Positions 36,969 through 46,528 of a DNA stretch of 64,000 nt are shown in pieces. Each line of letters begins with the position of its first letter. Within the stretch, counting starts at the first letter, position 1. Source of the stretch: a virus (Duplodnaviria; Caudoviricetes); IMG/VR virus record IMGVR_UViG_3300043171_000012, positions 5,419 through 69,418 of that record; one strand, 5' to 3'. The position numbers and the translations under genes were made by a program. Under the pieces are notes generated by a model. That model saw only the letters and a program-made list of their open reading frames with translations, did not search any database and had not been told where the DNA came from.

Positions 36969-38180
36969 TTAGTTAAATTTTTTTGTTTTAATTTTTAATT
37001 TTGATGAATCTAAACCACTAATTGATTTTACTTTTAACCCGTTTATGAAAACATTTCCGTCAGCAACTTGCCTAGGTCCGTCTTTTGATGGATTCTTAGA
37101 GCTACTAATAACATTTTTAATGCCATCAGCTTTTCCTTGTTCATAAAAATGATGAGCTAGTTTATCAGCATTCATCGCAGCATACATTGCTTTATGATAC
37201 CCTTTTTGATCTACAATTTGACCTTCATTATTAGAAAATCTACTAACAAAGTTTTGTACATCAGATTGAGTTTCACCAACTTTAATGGGGTCTTTTACTC
37301 CATATCTAAATTTTTTATCTCCTACATTAAAATCAAAACCTTTGAAGTCTGAAGAAAATAATTTTTTAGTGTTGTCTCTAAAATCACCATGTAATTTAGT
37401 CGCAAGCTCTTGTTGTTGCTTGTAGTTGTTGTAAAAGTTTAAAGCTTCTTTTTGTTCTCCAGTGACACTTGGTTTCAACTTGATTTCCTCGTAATATTTA
37501 CTTTTTGAACTTTCTAAATAGCTTTTAGCTTTTGCAACTTCTTCTTTATATGCAAGTTTCTTCTTACGAATCTCTCTTGCTTCGTCCACATCTTCATCAA
37601 AGTTAAAAGAATCTTCCATTAGAAAGTTTATTTCTTCTTGATCTAAATGTGGTTTTGTTTTTTTATAATACTCACTTAATAGTTGTGCGCTATCAAGAGA
37701 GGAGTAATCTTTATTTAATGCTACATAATCTTCTACTGTACCACCAGTAGACTCCATGAAGTCAATTAATTTTTCGATGTTTTCAGGTAAAGGTTTATTA
37801 AGAATTTGTTGCTCTTGTTTAGCTTCAATAATTTCTTTTTTAATCTCCTTTACTTTATCTTCATCTTCTTCTGTTATTTCTTGGATTGGTGAAAACCCTT
37901 CAGTATCCTCAGTGGGCTCTTGTACTTGCTTGTCCACTTTAGTGCTATCTCCGGTTTGTTCGCCCACATCCACTTTTTCTGTTTCTCCGATTTGAATGGC
38001 ATCGTCTTTAGGTATATCAACCTTAACAACTTCAGGAACTATTTCCCCTGTTGCCTCTGGTTTAGTTAAATCTACTTTAACGGGATCATTATTAGTAATC
38101 CCTAGTTTTTTAGGTGTTTTCTTTTTTAATTTAAACTCACCCTCCTGTTTAACAGGTTCATTTGTTTTTGTTTCTGACAT
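36969..38180 (-). CDS. Capsid scaffolding protein (putative)
   Basis: Acidic low-complexity N-half, helical C-half; between portal and capsid genes. Confidence 0.65.
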   Translation of the reverse strand: MSETKTNEPVKQEGEFKLKKKTPKKLGITNNDPVKVDLTKPEATGEIVPEVVKVDIPKDDAIQIGETEKVDVGEQTGDSTKVDKQVQEPTEDTEGFSPIQEITEEDEDKVKEIKKEIIEAKQEQQILNKPLPENIEKLIDFMESTGGTVEDYVALNKDYSSLDSAQLLSEYYKKTKPHLDQEEINFLMEDSFNFDEDVDEAREIRKKKLAYKEEVAKAKSYLESSKSKYYEEIKLKPSVTGEQKEALNFYNNYKQQQELATKLHGDFRDNTKKLFSSDFKGFDFNVGDKKFRYGVKDPIKVGETQSDVQNFVSRFSNNEGQIVDQKGYHKAMYAAMNADKLAHHFYEQGKADGIKNVISSSKNPSKDGPRQVADGNVFINGLKVKSISGLDSSKLKIKTKKFN

Positions 38181-38208
38181 GATAAAATATTATATAATTA
38201 TTAATTTT

Positions 38209-40623
38209 TTAACTAGGCGGCATTATATCTTGTAAACCAAAGCTACCTAGTTGTGAAGAGTCTGAGCTTTCAAAGTCTACAGGCGCAGAATCGTTTTGTC
38301 TTTGATTTATTAATTGACTTTGTTGTGTTGCTTGTATTTTAGTTCTTTTGTCTTTGCGGTCTTCTATTTCTTTTTCTTTGAATCCTTTTGAATTAACTTC
38401 AATTTCAGCTAATTGTCTATCATACTCAAACTGCTGAGCCATTAAATGTTTTTTACCTTCTAGCTCCACTTGCATTCTTTGTATCTCAAATTGAGATTTT
38501 GCATTTTCTAAATTTACTTGTTGCTCGGTTAATGCTTGTTGTTTTTGAACCTCAGCTAACGCAGCTTGTTCGTTTGTTTTAGCATTTGCTTGAGCTTGCA
38601 TTTGTATATTTGCTTGAGCCGCTGCTTGATCTCTCTTGTATTTCTTTTTTCTTTTTTGTTTTAAAAGTTGATTAGCTAGCTTTAGATTTTTTATTTGTCT
38701 AACGTCAATAGCATCTTCTAAATCAATACCACCAGATTGCAAAGCTATTTGTATGTTTTGTTCTAACTGAGCTTTTTCTTCTGTGTCTGGCTCTAGTTCT
38801 AAAAATATACCAAAGTCATGTAAATTTAGATACTGTACTTCTCTTAATGTTTCTACATTGTAAAGAGATATACTTTCAATTAAGCTATTGGCAGTTAAAG
38901 GAAAGTTTAATACATCAGTAATTTTTAGTGATATGTTTTCACATATACGTAATGCTATATATAAACTAGCATTATTTATATGTTTTGTAGCAATGTTAGA
39001 TTGGTTAGCTGCCATTTTAGCTAAACCAACTAATGCATCTTTATCAGGCATACTACCATCACGTGCCTCGTTTAATCCCGTGACATCTCTTATCATTTGT
39101 AGGTAATACTGATATGTTTGTATTAGAGATTGTAATTTAGCTCCAGAGGCTGATGTCTGCAGTTCTTGTATAGGTACTTTACCTCTGTTAGGATCTCCAT
39201 CTTGAGTAAGTGATCTACCAACTATACTACCAGTTTGAAAATACATATTCAATGCTTCAGCTGGATTGTAGTTTGTTCCATTACCTAAGTCTACCTCAGC
39301 TAAACCATCCATATCTAAAAATACACCATCTGGCACCATACGCGCTAAAACTTGTTGCATTTTTAAATGTGTAATCTGTATCATGTCAGCAAAACCTGTA
39401 CATCTACCAACTAATGATTCTATTCTACCTTTATACATTTTAGGTGCACATATAGTGTAGTTCATTTCTACTTTAGTAGTATCAGCTGATGGTCTAGTCA
39501 TATTCTCAGCTAGCTCCCATTTTAACATTGTATTTGTACCTAAAACTTTAGCACCAGAATAAAGAACCTCAATAGACCTAGATACCTTTTCAAATGTATC
39601 GTTTTCTGGTGGATTAAACTCGTCTGTTTTTTGAATTATTTTTTCTAATCCTTGGTCAGTTCTTTTAAGTTTAAAAACTTGATTAGTATAAGTCTTATAT
39701 TCAAAGTATAAAACTTGAACAGTATTATTATCATAATTACCCCACCCAGTTATATACTGTTTGTTACCGGGCATCTCTTGAATTCTTTGTAATTCATCTT
39801 CTGAGATATCTGGAAACTGCTTTTTAAGTTCAGGTATTGTTATGGACTTAACTTCACCAACGTAATATATATCTTCGAAGTTTGGATCTTCTGTATAAGA
39901 GTATATTAAATAAGCTGGATCTACATAGTCTAATGTTATTCCATTAGCTTTATTAAAATTAGTTTTAGCAGCGGCTATTCCACACACAACTAAATCTTCA
40001 TTTAATCTTCTTTTAGTTAACTCCCATTTATTTTTTGCTAACGTTGTTGATATAGCTTCTTCTTCAGCTATTTCTACAGACTGTTTGTAAGACAGCTGCA
40101 TATGTAGTTCTAAATCTTCTTTTGTTTCAGGTAGTTGATCCTTAGGAACATTTGATGAAGACATGTTTATACCTAAATCTTGTTGAGCTTTTTGAATCTG
40201 CTCAGCGGCAAACATATCTTTAGCAACGTTAGTTGCATATTGTGTTCTTTGTTTTACCGACTCGGGGTCTTGTGAATAAGCTTTTATATCATACTCTTTA
40301 CTAGAAACACCATTTACAACTATATCTACAAACTTAGCAAGTATTGGTACTGGCTTCCAGTCAAGATTTAAATAACTTAAATCTCCATTAATAGATAATT
40401 CGTCTTTATATTTTTGAACGGACTGTTCTCCACGAGCGTATAAACGAAGATGATGAAAGTTATTAAAACTAGTCAAGTATCTATTACCGTTAGTTCTACC
40501 CGCACCAAACCATTCTGTCTCAATAGCAGAAGCTACTTGCGAACCGTATTCAAACGTAGCTTTTTCTGCGTCTGGTACTACCTGACTTGGAAACGCGCTA
40601 TTTGAGTTAGTGTATATTTTCAT
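38209..40623 (-). CDS. Portal protein
   Basis: 804 aa directly after TerL; SYLNLDWKPVPIL, VTGLNEARDG; Gln-rich coiled-coil C-terminus typical of podovirus portals. Confidence 0.82.
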   Translation of the reverse strand: MKIYTNSNSAFPSQVVPDAEKATFEYGSQVASAIETEWFGAGRTNGNRYLTSFNNFHHLRLYARGEQSVQKYKDELSINGDLSYLNLDWKPVPILAKFVDIVVNGVSSKEYDIKAYSQDPESVKQRTQYATNVAKDMFAAEQIQKAQQDLGINMSSSNVPKDQLPETKEDLELHMQLSYKQSVEIAEEEAISTTLAKNKWELTKRRLNEDLVVCGIAAAKTNFNKANGITLDYVDPAYLIYSYTEDPNFEDIYYVGEVKSITIPELKKQFPDISEDELQRIQEMPGNKQYITGWGNYDNNTVQVLYFEYKTYTNQVFKLKRTDQGLEKIIQKTDEFNPPENDTFEKVSRSIEVLYSGAKVLGTNTMLKWELAENMTRPSADTTKVEMNYTICAPKMYKGRIESLVGRCTGFADMIQITHLKMQQVLARMVPDGVFLDMDGLAEVDLGNGTNYNPAEALNMYFQTGSIVGRSLTQDGDPNRGKVPIQELQTSASGAKLQSLIQTYQYYLQMIRDVTGLNEARDGSMPDKDALVGLAKMAANQSNIATKHINNASLYIALRICENISLKITDVLNFPLTANSLIESISLYNVETLREVQYLNLHDFGIFLELEPDTEEKAQLEQNIQIALQSGGIDLEDAIDVRQIKNLKLANQLLKQKRKKKYKRDQAAAQANIQMQAQANAKTNEQAALAEVQKQQALTEQQVNLENAKSQFEIQRMQVELEGKKHLMAQQFEYDRQLAEIEVNSKGFKEKEIEDRKDKRTKIQATQQSQLINQRQNDSAPVDFESSDSSQLGSFGLQDIMPPS

Positions 40624-42840
40624 TTATTCAATTATTTTTGACATAAGACCGTTATTACTGTATTTTTTTATTCCTAGATCAAAAACTTTTTTCTCTAGAC
40701 GTGCTACAGGTCTATACTTGTTTTTATTACAAGCCATTATTGCTAAACCAGAGCTTATAGAAGCATCGTGTGTTGTTCTATTATTAATATTAAACTTGGC
40801 CCAATCCTCTAGTGTTCTTTGAAAATACATTTCCCCATGTTCACCATTGTTTTTTATGCCAATAAAATCTTCAATATATGATTCAATTGCAGCAGCGTGT
40901 GCTTGTTTTATATCTTCACTAGAGTTTGGTATTCCGCCTATCTCTCTTTCTGTTACTGATAATTTAAGTTTATCTGGTCTGTTCATTGCAAAACCTCTAT
41001 ATCCTCTTCTCTTAAAATGGTATAATAATCTAGGTTTATTATTCTCTGCAAGTATAGGCATACCATAGAATATGCAAGCCATTAATACATCTTCAAAAAA
41101 TATTTCTGCAGTTTGAGGTCTAGCTACATATTCAAGAAAAAAATGGTTAGCTGGTGCATCTTCCATGCTAAACTTAGTTAAGCCGTGTAAAGCTCCATTA
41201 GATCCTCTACCATCTACCGTTCCTGATATGTCATAACTATCACAACCAAAAGCACCCATGTGCTCATTTGCTGGATATTTTAAACCTCTTTTTATTATAA
41301 TTTTATTTTGCAAATGCGGTGATGGTATCCAAGATACATAAAATCTACCTTTATTATGAGGAACAAAAATAACTTTAGTGTCTCTTATTCCATTTTCCCA
41401 CTGAAAATTACCTTGAGTTACTAAGTTACTGTGTCTTAAATCTCCGTTCCAATCTATTTGCTCGTATATTTTAGTTAGATTAAATAAAGATTGTTTAGCT
41501 TCATCTCTAAAAGCATGCTCCTCTGTTCTTGGAAACTGGCGATAGAATTCATTTAAACCATCTTGATCACCTTTTAATCCTTCAACTTCATTCTGCCAAT
41601 ACTCTATTACACCTTGCTTTATCTTCGTGCCATGCGGATCTGTAACTGTTTTCTGTGGTGTGTCGAAGACAGGTACTCCATAAGAATCAATGTATCCTTC
41701 GTAATTCCATTCCATAGGAATGAACAAAGAATATAGTCCTGAGCGAGTCTGTCCATTGGCGTTTCTTTTTGTAACATCTGAATCGTAGTATAATTTTTTA
41801 AAATTATCTCCTCCTTTATCTAAAGCGTTTGACGTTGATCCCATCATACACTTACCAATTACTCTACTACCTAGTCTAAGGGTGGTTTTCGTAACCCTCC
41901 AGTTGTCGAGGATGTTGTTCGGCCTTTCCCATTTCCCCGATTCATCGTGGACGAGGAGTTTGAGTTTCTCCCCATCGTAGGCGTTATCACCCGTGTTCTT
42001 CCAGTCGATGGTCGTGTCCAAGCCTTCAAGGGCTTCTTGCTTGGATCTATCCTTGGAATCGAGTCGTCTCCTGGTAAATTTCGAGGCCGGGACCCTGTAG
42101 GCAAGCTCGGTCTTTGGACGGTCCATTCCGTCCTGGATGGGTTTGAAGAAGAACGGATAATTAACAGAGATTGGTACCACCTTGTCAGTGAACATCTTCT
42201 TAGCATCTTGTCCAGATTTGGACAATACACCGAACCGTGAATCCGAGGATATTGTTGCAAGATTAACAATTTCAGCTGATGACATGAAAGAAAATCCAGA
42301 TCGACGGTTCTTAAGGTAGCACATCCCATAGGATCTAGTATCGGCCTTGCAAGCTTCCCAGAATATAAAGAATAATCTGTTTGATTCCCTAAAGTCTGGC
42401 TTCCCAACATCAATCTTGGACCACTGCAAGTACATGTAATGAGTACCAGTAATATAAGTAGGAATGTCCTTATTAATGAACCAAAAACCTTTTTCTCTTT
42501 TATTAAACTCATCATTGATGTAATCATACCATTTTTCTTTAAATTCTATAGGATAATCCTCCCAGTCGAATATTGTTTTTATACTCTTAAATTCTACAGG
42601 TGGATCAACCTTGCTCCATTTTTTATTACCTAAATTAATAACTTTTTCTGGAGTAGATGGTAATGCTATTTTTAAATTATCTATTTCGTATACATCACCT
42701 ATAGTACCATCTTTAGATATTATAACAACATCGTGTTTTTCGTTATAACCATACTCCCACTTTTTATACTTATTATTTCTTTTAAGAATTTTAGCGTTAA
42801 TATAATTATCTAATATTTTATATAAACTTTGCTTATACAT
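40624..42840 (-). CDS. terL: Terminase large subunit
   Basis: Walker A-like KNRRSGFS, Walker B LLVHDESGK, motif III GST, nuclease GCDSYD...HDASISSG. Start at MYKQ (42840). Confidence 0.9.
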   Translation of the reverse strand: MYKQSLYKILDNYINAKILKRNNKYKKWEYGYNEKHDVVIISKDGTIGDVYEIDNLKIALPSTPEKVINLGNKKWSKVDPPVEFKSIKTIFDWEDYPIEFKEKWYDYINDEFNKREKGFWFINKDIPTYITGTHYMYLQWSKIDVGKPDFRESNRLFFIFWEACKADTRSYGMCYLKNRRSGFSFMSSAEIVNLATISSDSRFGVLSKSGQDAKKMFTDKVVPISVNYPFFFKPIQDGMDRPKTELAYRVPASKFTRRRLDSKDRSKQEALEGLDTTIDWKNTGDNAYDGEKLKLLVHDESGKWERPNNILDNWRVTKTTLRLGSRVIGKCMMGSTSNALDKGGDNFKKLYYDSDVTKRNANGQTRSGLYSLFIPMEWNYEGYIDSYGVPVFDTPQKTVTDPHGTKIKQGVIEYWQNEVEGLKGDQDGLNEFYRQFPRTEEHAFRDEAKQSLFNLTKIYEQIDWNGDLRHSNLVTQGNFQWENGIRDTKVIFVPHNKGRFYVSWIPSPHLQNKIIIKRGLKYPANEHMGAFGCDSYDISGTVDGRGSNGALHGLTKFSMEDAPANHFFLEYVARPQTAEIFFEDVLMACIFYGMPILAENNKPRLLYHFKRRGYRGFAMNRPDKLKLSVTEREIGGIPNSSEDIKQAHAAAIESYIEDFIGIKNNGEHGEMYFQRTLEDWAKFNINNRTTHDASISSGLAIMACNKNKYRPVARLEKKVFDLGIKKYSNNGLMSKIIE

Positions 42841-43111
42841 TTTTAGACCTTCCTTCAGCAAAACCTTTAAACTTTTTTTCTTTTGTTTCTTTAGGTTTTT
42901 CGTTTAATATATCTTTCTCTTCTTGAATTCTTGTTAATATTTCAAAAGCATCAAATATAGCTAATTTTTTTGTTGCTGCTGCGTTTTTTAAACGATCTGC
43001 TGATATATCATCACCAGAGTCTACAATAGGTTCTTTAGCTACCTTTATTAATTCATCAACCGCTATTTGCCCAGCTTGGATTATATTCAGTTTGGTTTTC
43101 TTTATCTCCAT
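42833..43111 (-). CDS. Small helical protein upstream of terL (small-terminase candidate)
   Basis: Position and size; DRLKNAAATKKLAIFDA helix. Confidence 0.45.
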   Translation of the reverse strand: MEIKKTKLNIIQAGQIAVDELIKVAKEPIVDSGDDISADRLKNAAATKKLAIFDAFEILTRIQEEKDILNEKPKETKEKKFKGFAEGRSKNV

Positions 43112-43667
43112 ATTTAATTACAATATCATTTGATTTCATACAGTACAATCTTTCATCATTAATAATAAAATCATACTCTCCATACGGGGTGTAACCAACA
43201 AGGTCTCCCTCGTTCACACCGGCGGCTTCTAACGAACTATTACCTATTTTTAATATACCAATAAGCTTTTGCTCTTTATCTACACTAAACTTACGTTTTG
43301 ATTTTAATGGTTTTATAAAACATCTATTGTTTATAGATTTAAAATCGTCGTCGTTTTTATTCTTATATAAATAAACTTGATCTAAAGAACAGAAATACAA
43401 ATCTTCTTTAAACCAAGACCTACTTTTTTTCTTTTTACCTTTTATGTCGTAAAAAGTTCTAAACACATTGTGATGTATAACTATTATGTCGCCAACATTA
43501 ATATGTGTTTTGTAAGCTAAAGGAATTGAAACAACTACAGCTAAGTTATTTACAAATTTAAAACTTTCTATCTTGGTGTTTAAAATTAATTTAACACCAC
43601 CTATATTTATATCGTTAGAATATTCTTTTCCAAGAGGTCTAACTATAAAGTCGTATAGTGAGTTCAT
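43056..43667 (-). CDS. Extended GroES-like co-chaperonin protein
   Basis: Two GroES-like halves (INVGDIIVIHH; VNEGDLVGY...EYDFIINDERLYCMKSNDI). Confidence 0.55.
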   Translation of the reverse strand: MNSLYDFIVRPLGKEYSNDINIGGVKLILNTKIESFKFVNNLAVVVSIPLAYKTHINVGDIIVIHHNVFRTFYDIKGKKKKSRSWFKEDLYFCSLDQVYLYKNKNDDDFKSINNRCFIKPLKSKRKFSVDKEQKLIGILKIGNSSLEAAGVNEGDLVGYTPYGEYDFIINDERLYCMKSNDIVIKYGDKENQTEYNPSWANSG

Positions 43668-43894
43668 TAATACTGTAGGTCGTACTCGATGGATATTGCC
43701 ATGTTAGAATTAAATTTCTTCCACGGCAATATTTCATCATCTTTCTTTATATGAATATTATAAGAATTGTCTTTAGTATTTTCTAGTATATGTGATATAA
43801 CATGACCACCATATACTTGTTGACCTAAAGAATAATGCATTGCATCATTTTTATAGTCAGAACCAATACTGATTTTTCTAATAATATTACTCAC
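43667..43894 (-). CDS. Hypothetical protein
   Basis: Translationally coupled ORF (IRKISIGSDYKNDAMHY). Confidence 0.65.
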   Translation of the reverse strand: MSNIIRKISIGSDYKNDAMHYSLGQQVYGGHVISHILENTKDNSYNIHIKKDDEILPWKKFNSNMAISIEYDLQY

Positions 43895-44144
43895 CTTTAT
43901 CTTCCTGTGATTCGATCTCAGAATAGGTACCGTCTTCTAAACTAATATTAACAGGTCCGTATTTTTCTTCTAAATCTTTCTTAACTTTATCTAGCTTTTC
44001 AATTTCTTCTTCAGCTAGTTTAGATAAACTGCATTGTCTTAATTGGTGAAAACCCATTTCAGTAAGAATTCCATTGTATTTAGCACTAAGCTCTTTTACA
44101 TTTTTTAATTCTTCTTCTGTAATCTTTTTTACTTCTTTACTCAT
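43887..44144 (-). CDS. Hypothetical coiled-coil protein
   Basis: LEEKYGPVNISLEDG; coupled ORF. Confidence 0.65.
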   Translation of the reverse strand: MSKEVKKITEEELKNVKELSAKYNGILTEMGFHQLRQCSLSKLAEEEIEKLDKVKKDLEEKYGPVNISLEDGTYSEIESQEDKGE

Positions 44145-44170
44145 TTGATTAAATTTAATTGTTATTAATT

Positions 44171-44629
44171 TTACTTATTATTATTATTACCTATACTTTT
44201 GAATTTTTCCGCTCCACGAGAACCAAAATACGCAACATACACTGTAACTAAAAGAGTTTGCAATAATGAAACCCATCCTTCAGCTACGTGAAACTCTATT
44301 TTAAAACTATCAAGCAATATAAGTATTACCATAGATACTGTTAAAAATATCAATGACATTGGACGGGTGTTTTTAGAAAGCCATGAATCGGATTTCATAT
44401 CACTTGCCCAACGTTTAGATACTTCCTGCATCTCTACTTGATCTTGTTCTAATAGTTTTAAAGCAGTCTCTTTGTCTTCAGGTTTGATAGTTTCGTCTTT
44501 TATTATTAAACCTTTGACAACGTTTAATAAGCCAGCGTCTGGCAATAAGTCACTTGCTACACCTAATATTCCTGGTGCAACACTACCTAAAAACTTACCT
44601 ACTTTTGTTTCGGAGAACTTCTTTTTCAT
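44171..44629 (-). CDS. Holin (3TM/GTA-like)
   Basis: RWASDMKSDSWLSKNTRP followed by two TM helices and AYFGSRG. Confidence 0.72.
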   Translation of the reverse strand: MKKKFSETKVGKFLGSVAPGILGVASDLLPDAGLLNVVKGLIIKDETIKPEDKETALKLLEQDQVEMQEVSKRWASDMKSDSWLSKNTRPMSLIFLTVSMVILILLDSFKIEFHVAEGWVSLLQTLLVTVYVAYFGSRGAEKFKSIGNNNNK

Positions 44630-44636
44630 ATAATTA

Positions 44637-45158
44637 CTAAAAGGAACTATCTTCTAACTTCTTTTGCAGTGTTGCAAATGCTCTAAAATTTACACTTTCT
44701 TTTGGGTAAGGATTTTTAGCTGTCCTCTGTGTTGCTTTACTTTTAAAAGAATTAAAATATGTTGAAGGATTACTACGAACCATTTTTTCAGTTTTTGGTT
44801 TTGGATCTGATCCTTCTCTAGAGATTCCTTTAGAAGCAGATTTCATTGATTCTTTTTTGTCTCCATCACCATCGATATCTATATAATCTGGTTTAGAACC
44901 TTTTCTTGACATTCCTTCTGATTTTTGTATACCTTTTAGTTTATCAGCTGGTACAGCATAAGAGTCTCCTTTCATATAAGATTCTCTATACATACCCGAA
45001 CCTTTAGTACCATCTTTAGCTCCTTTCATTCCTTTCAGATGTTGAACAGAGTTATCTAATGGACTCACTGTGTCTGTGTTACTCATGATTCTTGAAATCA
45101 TGTCTTTTCCGTGCTTAGCCCCTTTTCTACTTGGACCAAAGTTTTGTTTATATCCCAT
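44637..45158 (-). CDS. Basic low-complexity protein (candidate internal head protein)
   Basis: MGYKQNFGPSRK tag, repeated GxSR motifs, EF-hand-like DIDGDGDKKE. Confidence 0.55.
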   Translation of the reverse strand: MGYKQNFGPSRKGAKHGKDMISRIMSNTDTVSPLDNSVQHLKGMKGAKDGTKGSGMYRESYMKGDSYAVPADKLKGIQKSEGMSRKGSKPDYIDIDGDGDKKESMKSASKGISREGSDPKPKTEKMVRSNPSTYFNSFKSKATQRTAKNPYPKESVNFRAFATLQKKLEDSSF

Positions 45159-45166
45159 TGTAATTT

Positions 45167-45496
45167 TTAATATTTGTTATAGTTATCAGTTTTACTGTAA
45201 GCTTCTTTTTCCCAAGGTAAATTAGGATCACCTTCCCTCATTTTAGAGCGAGAGTATTTTTTTCCTTTCCAATAGACATTTTTACTATCATAATCTAAAT
45301 CACCTCTTTTTATTTGATCTATATGAACTTCTTCATGATCAATTATACTTTTAGTTTGTTCAGTATCTTTAGTAATGTCTTCTGAAATTAATATAGTTCC
45401 ATTTTTATTACCTTTACCTAATATACCCTCCGGTAATTCTCTTTCATATACTGGAGTAGTAGATAAAGCAAACGGTGATTTCATTTTAAAAGCCAT
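45167..45496 (-). CDS. Small zincin-like metallopeptidase
   Basis: IIDHEEVH (HExxH) and LPWEKEAY third-ligand motif. Confidence 0.7.
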   Translation of the reverse strand: MAFKMKSPFALSTTPVYERELPEGILGKGNKNGTILISEDITKDTEQTKSIIDHEEVHIDQIKRGDLDYDSKNVYWKGKKYSRSKMREGDPNLPWEKEAYSKTDNYNKY

Positions 45497-45497
45497 A

Positions 45498-45653
45498 TTA
45501 ATCTTTGTAAGGGAACATTTTGTTTAACGTTGTTTGTCTTTGTTTACAACCACAGGGAAGGTTAAGTCCGCTAGATACTTTATCTACAACGGACTTAATA
45601 CCTGTTTTTTCTGTAAACTTAGCAACATCGTCGCCTAATCCCTTAGATTTCAT
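45498..45653 (-). CDS. Small protein (51 aa, MKSKGLGDDVAKFTEKTGI...CGC)
   Basis: Translated by hand; fills the gap exactly; GLGD...CGC pattern. Confidence 0.65.
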   Translation of the reverse strand: MKSKGLGDDVAKFTEKTGIKSVVDKVSSGLNLPCGCKQRQTTLNKMFPYKD

Positions 45654-45655
45654 AG

Positions 45656-45949
45656 TTATGCTATAACTAATGCAGTTATCTTAACGCCTGTACTGTTTTG
45701 TACAATTGACATGATACCACCTGGGTTAGCAGTAATTGCTTTTTGAACAGCTTCTGCCCATTCTTTAGCTTTTCCAGTTACAGTAAATAAGAAACTTTTT
45801 CCAATACTGTTGTAAACTGTAAACTTGTTTGCATCTCCAGTACCATTAGCTAAACCTTGCGCTACTGATACAATATCTCCTAATAATAAATCAGAAGTTA
45901 CGTTAGCTACATTTACGTCTGCAGCTTTAATTTTAATGTAATTTGCCAT
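45656..45949 (-). CDS. Small structural protein (capsid decoration candidate)
   Basis: Ala/Val/Thr-rich 97 aa with capsid-like codon usage. Confidence 0.5.
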   Translation of the reverse strand: MANYIKIKAADVNVANVTSDLLLGDIVSVAQGLANGTGDANKFTVYNSIGKSFLFTVTGKAKEWAEAVQKAITANPGGIMSIVQNSTGVKITALVIA

Positions 45950-45960
45950 AATCTTTTTTG

Positions 45961-45995
45961 TTAAATGTTAAATGTTAAATGTTAAATGTTAAATG
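45961..45995. repeat. Tandem heptamer (TTAAATG)x5
   Basis: Five exact copies in the leader of gene 45656-45949. Confidence 0.92.
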
Positions 45996-46026
45996 TTTAT
46001 TTTGATTTGTCAGTTTACTCTGTTTA

Positions 46027-46518
46027 TTATAAATCTGTATCAATCTCACTTTGATCAATAGATGGGTTGTCGGAAAAAGCTGTACCTAAAGAAGCAATAC
46101 CTTCTGCTATTTTTTGAGACGGTGGGATTGGTAATTCATTTTGAACTGGTTGTTGTGGATCAAGAGATTCACTTTCACCACCTAATTCACCTTCTATTCT
46201 ACCTAAAGCATCCATTACTTCACTATGTTGTCTTAGTCTACTTCTACTACCTTTTCTCCCGGCAAGTTTTGTAGCAGCTCCAAAAACCCCACCAAGAAAG
46301 TTTGCGGGTGATTCACTACCCGTTGAGTTGTGACCATTGTAATTGTAACTACCATGAGCATCATCAAATAAAGCTTCAGCGTGGCCTCTGTGACCTTCTT
46401 TCATTTGCTGTCTTCCTCTTTTCACATCTTCTTCTTCCCACGAATTAACCATGTGATGTTTAGAGTGTTTAGCGTTTCCGCTATATTTACCGTAATGTCC
46501 TTTTTGTTTGTATGCCAT
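46027..46518 (-). CDS. Hypothetical protein with MAYKQ N-terminus
   Basis: His/Gly-rich N-half; shares the tag with neighbours. Confidence 0.55.
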   Translation of the reverse strand: MAYKQKGHYGKYSGNAKHSKHHMVNSWEEEDVKRGRQQMKEGHRGHAEALFDDAHGSYNYNGHNSTGSESPANFLGGVFGAATKLAGRKGSRSRLRQHSEVMDALGRIEGELGGESESLDPQQPVQNELPIPPSQKIAEGIASLGTAFSDNPSIDQSEIDTDL

Positions 46519-46528
46519 AATTTATTTT

